From positions 52,433,161 through 52,497,160 of the forward strand of contig NC_068992.1 in the NCBI RefSeq assembly GCF_001194135.2: a stretch of DNA of 64,000 nucleotides. The letters are read 5' to 3'. This DNA comes from Octopus bimaculoides (taxonomy: Eukaryota). The notes under the pieces were generated by a model that ran no database searches, was not told the origin of the DNA, and saw nothing but the letters and a program-made list of their open reading frames with translations. This document shows, one piece after another, positions 61,051-64,000 of the stretch (its first letter is position 1; each line of letters starts with the position of its first letter). Both the position numbers and the translations under genes were made by a program.

Positions 61051-62019
61051 ATGGATGGATGCATGGATGCATGGACGGATGGATGCATGGATGGATGGAT
61101 GGATGTAGGGAGGGAGAGAGGGAGGAATTTGAACTCAGCACAGTAAAATGGACAAAATGCCATAAAGTATTTTACCCACTGTACTAACAATTCCTGGCAG
61201 CATGCTGCTTTACAGCTATTCACAATATTAAATACAGAATTTGTTGCATTACGTTTGGATTATTATAATGATTGATCTCTTAATAAAATGAACTGGGGGA
61301 GTCCTTATCTTGTTTAACAATTACAATTCAATGATCCTTGTAAGTACATTCTGCTGTATTCAAAATGCAAACAACTTGTTTAAAATTTGTAATCAAAGAT
61401 TTTCTTTTTTAATTTTAATTAATGAGTCTGGAAGAAGCAGCAATGTCATTTATCTGAGACAAATGAAATTGTTGGTGTTAATATTCCAGTTAAAATGTTG
61501 TTGATCAGCATCTGCAGGAAAGACATGAGCAGAAAAGAAGATTCAAGTGGGTTGATATTTGGGGAGAAAATGACTGACCATACTAATTAGTGTATAGCAA
61601 AGGAAGCTGGGTGCACTAAGAATGATGTGAGGTAAAGGACCCACTTTAGGCATGCCTAAATGGTAGAGGAATAACACTGGACAGTCCTGAGAAACAAGAG
61701 GCTATTACAGAAATGATATATAAAGGTCAGATTGTGGAGACAGCAGTCTGTGGTTCGGGGGTTGCAGTGTGCCCATTACTAATTAGTCAAGTGGCCCTTC
61801 TCTGAAGTAATTGTATATTTCATTATTAAGACTGACACATTGTCAGTTACTATTGTAATTTTTGATTCCTACCTAATTGTGTACATCATTGTCAGCCAAT
61901 ACAATGATTCTCTCATCACTAATCTGGTAAGCATGGAGAAGCCAATGCTAAAGATTACTGTCAGTTTTGAAAGTGTTGCATTATTTGATCAACTGAAGTG
62001 CTTACAAATTGAATAGTAA

Positions 62020-62295
62020 TATGAGTGGTTGAGTATTCAACAGACACTTGTACACTTCACATTATTTCCAAACAGGTTTGACACAGCATATTTGTCAAGA
62101 TTGGTCCTTTGAATTACCAGTGCAATCCATCCAATGAGCTTGTAATCTACCTTCATTTACCCAGTTTAGCAGACAAGATCTCAGGTAATTTAAAGCATTG
62201 CTGAAAGAAAATATTCCAAGAATCCAGGTAATAAGATTGAACCTTGAATCTCATGATTGCAAAGCAAACTTCTTAAACACCAAGCCATGGCTGTG
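62020..62295 (-). mobile_element. Old, diverged SINE related to family A
   Basis: GGTTGAGTATTCAACAGACACTTGTACAC...GTCAAGATTGGTCCTTTGAATTAC...GATTGAACCTTGAATCTCATGATTGC. Confidence 0.6.
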
Positions 62296-62917
62296 TCAAC
62301 CAAATAGTTTTGATAGCATATTACCGAACAGTAAATTTTCCACTTGTAGTGTTACATAATCCTGTGGCGTATGTTTATCATAATCCTGAAGAACTATTGA
62401 AATGGAGGAATTATTTCACACATTCATAAATAAATGTAGATTTATATGGCATCCCAGACAATTCCTGTCTAATGCTCAGACAGTCAGCCACTATACTGAT
62501 TCATGAGAGAGAAAGGAATAGGAGGCAGATGGAGACAGAATTAGCAGTGGAGATAGGAAGTAAAAGACAGAATAACAATTGTTGGACAGAAAGACAGAGA
62601 GATGGATAGATAGATAAATAGATAGAAAAGGAGAGAAAGAGAAAGAGTAAAAGAGAGAGGCAGAAATTAAGAGAATGAAATAGAATGATATGTATAGTTT
62701 TGTATTTATACATATATGTATATATAATGCATGCATATGTGTGAACACATGTATGCGAGTGTGTGTATATATGCATGCGTACCTGTATATGTTTGTTTAT
62801 TTGTATATATATTAAATACATGTGTGTGTGTCTATGTATGCATATATATATATATAATATAGATATACATGTATATGTGTATATATATCTATACCTATAT
62901 ATCTATCTATCTATCTA

Positions 62918-62950
<33 letters not shown>

Positions 62951-64000
62951 NNNNNNNNNNNNNNNNNNNNNNNNNNNNNNNNNNNNNNNNNNNNNNNNNN
63001 NNNNNNNNNNNNNNNNNNNNNNNNNNNNNNNNNNNNNNNNNNNNNNNNNNNNNNNNNNNNNNNNNNNNNNNNNNNNNNNNNNNNNNNNNNNNNNNNNNNN
63101 NNNNNNNNNNNNNNNNNNNNNNNNNNNNNNNNNNNNNNNNNNNNNNNNNNNNNNNNNNNNNNNNNNNNNNNNNNNNNNNNNNNNNNNNNNNNNNNNNNNN
63201 NNNNNNNNNNNNNNNNNNNNNNNNNNNNNNNNNNNNNNNNNNNNNNNNNNNNNNNNNNNNNNNNNNNNNNNNNNNNNNNNNNNNNNNNNNNNNNNNNNNN
63301 NNNNNNNGGAGAAATGAAAAATCTATTTTGCTTCTCTAGTGAATATTTTATCAAACTCTCTTCCACCACACCCTCTCTCTCTCCTTCCATTTTCCCTCCC
63401 TATCTCTCCCTCCCCATCCCCCCTCTCTCTCTGTAGTTGACAGAAGAAACACAACCAAGAAAGCCAACTTATAGACAGCTCGTCTGAAACACACAACATG
63501 TTATGCATAAATATATCTCCATTGAGAAATCATTTACTAACAGATAATAACTTACCCAGAAATCAATCTGGCATTCATAATTAGCTTCGTTTACTTACCT
63601 TTGTTAATCCTACTTATTTCTCACTGATAAAATAGCTTTCTTTTTTTACTATTTTTTTTTGCTCCCTATTTTTCAAGTTTTTTTTTTATTTCATCCATTT
63701 ATTTATTTTTTTTTGGTGTGATTTGAGTTCATGTATTTAGTTAGATTCCATCTATCACGTTGTATCTTCCAATGTTTGTAGCAGACAAAATAGCAAATTG
63801 TTAGAGAATGGAAGCTTGCAGTTCCAATGCTGACTCTATTTAGTTTCTGTACGACCAAACTTCAATTTGTTACAATCACTCTTTTTCTTGTTGAAGTTCT
63901 TTCTTTTTATTGTACTGTTTTTATTACTATTACTATTATTATTATTATTGTTGTTGTTGTTGTTATCATTATTGTTGTTGCTATTATTATTATTATTGAC

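Noticed and set aside
5573-63390. ORFs of 150-400 aa containing long X runs
   Set aside because: They are read through N gaps and (TA)n or (CA)n tracts, so they are artefacts.
63548-63630. Two strong minus-strand donors and a 25-nt exon candidate
   Set aside because: Stops occur in all three frames, and similar 25-nt chance candidates occur on the other strand (e.g. ~992-1016).
1-64000. CRISPR arrays, rRNA genes, prokaryotic operons or defence systems
   Set aside because: No regularly spaced repeat-spacer structure, rRNA signature or gene-dense region; the sequence is metazoan repeat-rich DNA.

Overview
AT-rich, microsatellite-dense eukaryotic DNA with about 18 N gaps. The repeat repertoire fits a coleoid cephalopod, most likely an Octopus draft scaffold (inferred from repeat recognition; no database search was possible). 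Most of the window is transposon debris: three tRNA-derived SINE families (called A, B and C here), many 5'-truncated RTE-LINE 3' ends, R4/Dong-clade retrotransposon fragments next to (TAA)n, mariner and maT relics, a Tc1/mariner MITE, a 154-bp solo LTR with a 5-bp target-site duplication (TSD), and Penelope-type hammerhead ribozyme motifs. No conserved protein-coding gene could be identified. All long ORFs in the track are microsatellite or N-gap artefacts. Two promoter-like CpG-retaining islands (~39.7 kb and ~58.3-58.8 kb, the second with duplicated RFX X-box modules) and several candidate exons suggest the window is mostly intronic or intergenic DNA of unidentified genes. No wholly new system is demonstrated. 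The best leads are the divergent hammerhead pair beside the X-box promoter, a tRNA-head/hammerhead-tail composite element, and a candidate spliced minus-strand membrane-protein transcript at 52-56 kb. Repeat boundaries were read by eye and are approximate unless a TSD or terminal repeat is quoted.
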